From: a virus
Length of the DNA stretch: 43,996 bases
Direction: 5' to 3' (one strand)
IMG/VR virus record: IMGVR_UViG_3300010362_000006
Coordinates: 1 to 43,996 of that record
Below are positions 41,203-43,996 of this stretch, piece by piece (within the stretch, counting starts at the first letter, position 1; the number at the start of each line of letters is the position of its first letter). The notes under the pieces are model-generated. The model saw only the letters and a program-made list of their open reading frames with translations. It was not told the DNA's origin and ran no database searches. The position numbers were made by a program, and so were the translations under genes.

Positions 41203-42295
41203 CGCGGAGTTCAGCCGACGGATGTGGAGTTCGGGCGCGGCCCGACACGCCTGGGAGGCGCGCATCGCGCACGCGGCCGACGCCTGGCTGCACCTCGAGG
41301 TCGCGACCGTGGTCGCGGGATTCCGCCGCGCAGGCCTCGTCTTCGGCACCCGGCACGTCCAACCGACGCGCCTGCCGATCGTCGCCGTCGCGCCCGACCG
41401 CTTCGCGATTGGTCCCGGCGCCCACGAGCTCGCGGACGCCTACGCGCGCACCGACGACGAGGCGATCGGCGCGCTGCTTGGGTTTCCGCGCTGCTGCCGC
41501 GCCTTTTTCGCCGCGACGTGGGCACAAGGTGCGGGCGATACCACCTGGCAGATGGCGACCAATGGCACCGACGGTCCGCTCGAGTGCAACATCCTCGGCC
41601 GCTGGCTCGGGCTGCGGTGGGTCATGCACCTCCCCTGTTCGTTCACGTGCCGCGCGAGCGCCGCGCTCGGCGCCGCGCACCGTACGTTGCTCGACGCGGA
41701 GGATGCCGCCACGATCGATGCGGTCTTGTCGTGGCCGATCGAATGGTCCGCCTTGCACGGCGCCGCGGAGATCCGCTACCCCGTCGTCAAGATCGTCACG
41801 CGCACCGGCTACACCACGGACAAGCGCATCGTCCAGCGACGCGGGTCCACGTACCCGCCCGAAGGGGCGCGCGGGCTGGTGTTCCCCTACTCGGCCGCGG
41901 ACATGCGGACGCCGCAGGAGAATGGCTTTCCCTCGAGCGCCACGCAGGACGCCGGCCACGCCATGATCCTCGACGCGCTCCGCAGCTCGCCGCCCCGCGG
42001 CGCCGTGCTCGACCTCGGCGCGGGCAATGGCCTGCTGATGGAACGGATCGCGTCGACGTTTCTCCGACCGGTCTACGGCATCGAAGTGGACGCGCACAAA
42101 GCGGCGAAGCATCCGGGGATTCGCTGTGGCGACCTCCGCGCCCTCGAGACGTTGGTGAATCCCGTGGACACGATCGTCGTCTCGGCACGGCGCTTCGAGG
42201 AAATCCCTGCATTGCGCGCCACCGTGGGACGGCTCGCGCGCCAGGTCCTCGTTTACTCGTACGACGACCCGCGCTTTGCGCGGATGGAGGCGTGA
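41189..42295 (+). CDS. Fusion of a Cys-rich N-terminal domain and a class I SAM methyltransferase-like C-terminal domain, 368 aa
   Basis: GFPRCCRAFF...HLPCSFTC; VLDLGAGNGLLMERI motif I; overlaps the rSAM gene by 14 nt. Confidence 0.6.
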   Translation: MATRNAEFSRRMWSSGAARHAWEARIAHAADAWLHLEVATVVAGFRRAGLVFGTRHVQPTRLPIVAVAPDRFAIGPGAHELADAYARTDDEAIGALLGFPRCCRAFFAATWAQGAGDTTWQMATNGTDGPLECNILGRWLGLRWVMHLPCSFTCRASAALGAAHRTLLDAEDAATIDAVLSWPIEWSALHGAAEIRYPVVKIVTRTGYTTDKRIVQRRGSTYPPEGARGLVFPYSAADMRTPQENGFPSSATQDAGHAMILDALRSSPPRGAVLDLGAGNGLLMERIASTFLRPVYGIEVDAHKAAKHPGIRCGDLRALETLVNPVDTIVVSARRFEEIPALRATVGRLARQVLVYSYDDPRFARMEA

Positions 42296-42687
42296 TGTTC
42301 ATCACACTGCTCGGACCCGAACAGTTCACGTTGCCTGATGGACAACGCGTGCGCTACATCTCCGACTATCTCGCTTGGCATCGCGTCAATCTCAACCCGA
42401 CCGCCCGCGGCGAACACGTCTGGAGTCCGCTGCCCGCGAGCGTCGAACATGGCCGCTGGCTCTGTCACTGCGTCTGTGGCGCGGGCCTGCTGACGCGGCC
42501 CGAACTCCCGATCGCGTGCTGCATCTGGTGCGGCAACATCTACGAACGCATCGAATTTCCGAAGCACTGGCGCGACATCGAACGCGTGCTCCTGCTGCGG
42601 CCGATGCGCGAACAGCAAAACTGGATCGGCGAATCGGTCGCGACCCTCATCGCCGAAAACGCAGAACATTCGATTGGAGTCTCGTGA
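42295..42687 (+). CDS. Zinc-ribbon protein, 130 aa
   Basis: TGATG coupling; CHCVC...CCIWC. Confidence 0.55.
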   Translation: MFITLLGPEQFTLPDGQRVRYISDYLAWHRVNLNPTARGEHVWSPLPASVEHGRWLCHCVCGAGLLTRPELPIACCIWCGNIYERIEFPKHWRDIERVLLLRPMREQQNWIGESVATLIAENAEHSIGVS

Positions 42688-43190
42688 TGGCGTGGACACT
42701 CCCGCGCACCTGGGTTCCCGGCGAGCTCGTCACGGCGTCGATGATGAACACGCAGATTCGGGACAATCTGAATTTTCTCTACTCGAATGTCGCGACGTGG
42801 ACCCCGACGGTCACTTTCGACACGCCGGGCAATTTGAGCGTCGCGTATGCGACCCAGGTCGGGACGTGGTGTCGCGCCGGCGGCTTCGTGGTGGCGCGCA
42901 TGGTGGTGATCACCTCGACGTTCACGTTCACGACGGCCTCGGGCGGGCTCCGCATTGGCGGGCTCCCGCTCCCGAACTCGTCCTCGCAGGAATCACCCGG
43001 TGGCGGTTTGCTGTGGGCGGGCATCACGAAGGCGGGCTATACGCACCTGACGCCGATGGTCGCGGGTAGTAGTTCCTCGGCCTACATCAACGCCTCGGGT
43101 TCGGGTCAAGCGGTCGCGACCATTAGCGCCCCTGACACGCCCTCGGGCGGCACACTGCGACTCAACGGCGAATTTATTTACCCCGTGTGA
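42687..43190 (+). CDS. Tail fiber / receptor-binding-like protein, 167 aa
   Basis: TGATG coupling; MAWTLPRTWVPGELVTASMMNTQIRDNLNFL is an N-terminus common in phage fibre-associated proteins. Confidence 0.5.
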   Translation: MAWTLPRTWVPGELVTASMMNTQIRDNLNFLYSNVATWTPTVTFDTPGNLSVAYATQVGTWCRAGGFVVARMVVITSTFTFTTASGGLRIGGLPLPNSSSQESPGGGLLWAGITKAGYTHLTPMVAGSSSSAYINASGSGQAVATISAPDTPSGGTLRLNGEFIYPV

Positions 43191-43199
43191 GGACCTGTC

Positions 43200-43334
43200 A
43201 TGACACCACCGTACATCGCGCTGCTCCTGAAGATCGTCGCGATCGTGTTGTTCCTGCTCGAGGTGATCGGCATCCCACTGGGACGCGCGCCGATTCCGCT
43301 CGGGCTCGCGTGCTGGTGCGCCAGCACGATCTGA
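43200..43334 (+). CDS. 44-aa hydrophobic peptide, holin-like (below the ORF-track length cutoff)
   Basis: GAGGA 8 nt before ATG 43200; MTPPYIALLLKIVAIVLFLLEVIGIPLGRAPIPLGLACWCASTI; upstream of the glycoside-hydrolase-like gene. Confidence 0.45.
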   Translation: MTPPYIALLLKIVAIVLFLLEVIGIPLGRAPIPLGLACWCASTI

Positions 43335-43445
43335 CTGTGACCTAGCCTGTCACTCGCTTTTCGGGCCTTCGCCAATGGCCGACGGACGCCCGCGCGCTCG
43401 ACGCGCGCTTGTTCGTCGTCAACCACTCACCCTGCGGAGGCACCT

Positions 43446-43996
43446 ATGGACCCGTGTTACGTCTTTCCCCCATCCGACGCGACGCACGCCACCCTGACCC
43501 ACGATTCCGGCTGGACCGCCGAGAGTTATCCGGCCACGCATCCCTCCGGGCGCGAGGGTTGGGCGTTCGACATTCCCGACGGCACGCCGAACGGCAACGG
43601 CGCCAGGCTGACGTTTTTCAAGAACGACAAAGAACTGCTCTGGCTGCGCGGCGTCCTGTACCTCACCAACCCGACTGGCGTCGGCCTCGAGGTCGATGAC
43701 TACACCTCGGTCAAGAGCCACGTCCGCCCTTTTGAACGATCCGGCCTCGTCCGACTGAACCGCAATCAGTGGGTCGACGACGCCGGACCCTGGTGGCCGT
43801 TTGGCACGACGCTGATGTGGGCGATCGGCGGCTACATGCGCGAAGGCCCCGATCGCGTCCGACAAAATTTTCAGTGGATGTTCGAGCACGGCCACGACTG
43901 CGTGCGGATTCTCGGCAAGGTGAATTGGCACGGCCAGAGTTTCGACCCGCGCGATCCCGGCTACGCGCTCGGACCCGTGATCGATCTCGCGTGGGA
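43446..43996 (+). CDS. N-terminal part of a junction-spanning ~482-aa protein, TIM-barrel glycoside-hydrolase-like (candidate endolysin or depolymerase); continues at 1..1021
   Basis: ATG 43446 preceded by GCGGAGG; open to the window end; same frame as 5..1021 once the 123-bp overlap is removed. Confidence 0.6.
   Translation, partial: MDPCYVFPPSDATHATLTHDSGWTAESYPATHPSGREGWAFDIPDGTPNGNGARLTFFKNDKELLWLRGVLYLTNPTGVGLEVDDYTSVKSHVRPFERSGLVRLNRNQWVDDAGPWWPFGTTLMWAIGGYMREGPDRVRQNFQWMFEHGHDCVRILGKVNWHGQSFDPRDPGYALGPVIDLAW
43874..43996. repeat. Terminal overlap, identical to 1-123
   Basis: Base-by-base comparison. Confidence 0.95.

Larger units (their letters stand above)
1..43996. mobile_element. 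Complete temperate siphovirus-like (HK97-type module order) phage genome, circularly closed; unique length 43873 bp
   Basis: Integrase plus attP, terS/terL/portal/protease/capsid/tail/tape-measure order, and identical 123-bp ends. Confidence 0.9.

Noticed and set aside
43392-43415. Terminator between the holin-like ORF and the hydrolase gene (GCGCGC-TCGAC-GCGCGC-TTGTTCG)
   Set aside because: The stem is short and the T tract is weak and interrupted. It sits inside what should be a co-transcribed lysis unit. Evidence is too thin to list as a feature.

Overview
The window is one complete, circularly closed, visibly GC-rich temperate tailed-phage genome. Bases 1-123 are identical to 43874-43996, so the unique length is 43873 bp, and one gene reads through the junction. 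Layout: (i) an attP with a 44-nt tRNA 3' fragment (probably tRNA-Cys) flanked by repeats, next to a tyrosine integrase. (ii) A divergent, AT-richer switch region at 3584-3960. (iii) A rightward early operon of tightly overlapping genes: HTH proteins, PD-(D/E)XK exonuclease, Sak4-like ATPase, DUF1376-like protein, RusA, HNH. (iv) An ~8 kb leftward accessory island (11104-19239) between the HNH gene and terS. (v) An HK97-type late operon: P27-family terS, terL, portal, S49 protease, major capsid protein, connectors, major tail protein, a G/GT chaperone pair with -1 frameshift, and tape measure. (vi) An unusual tail-tip and lysis region. The island encodes a ParB-like protein, a GT-A-like protein, a sulfotransferase, APS kinase (cysC), an amidoligase with an Ntn (class II) amidotransferase, small Zn-finger proteins, DUF3768-like and SpoVG-like proteins, and an outer-membrane beta-barrel moron. 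Three near-identical sigma70-type promoters drive it. The most unusual signal is a 1440-aa tail protein that ends in about 35 His-x-Asp repeats. Its stop codon overlaps the start of a radical SAM/SPASM maturase, which also ends in HxD units, followed by a Cys-rich/methyltransferase fusion. A methyltransferase and a CgeB-like glycosyltransferase also sit inside the tail-assembly module. All functional calls come from motifs read by eye in the translations. No database search was run.
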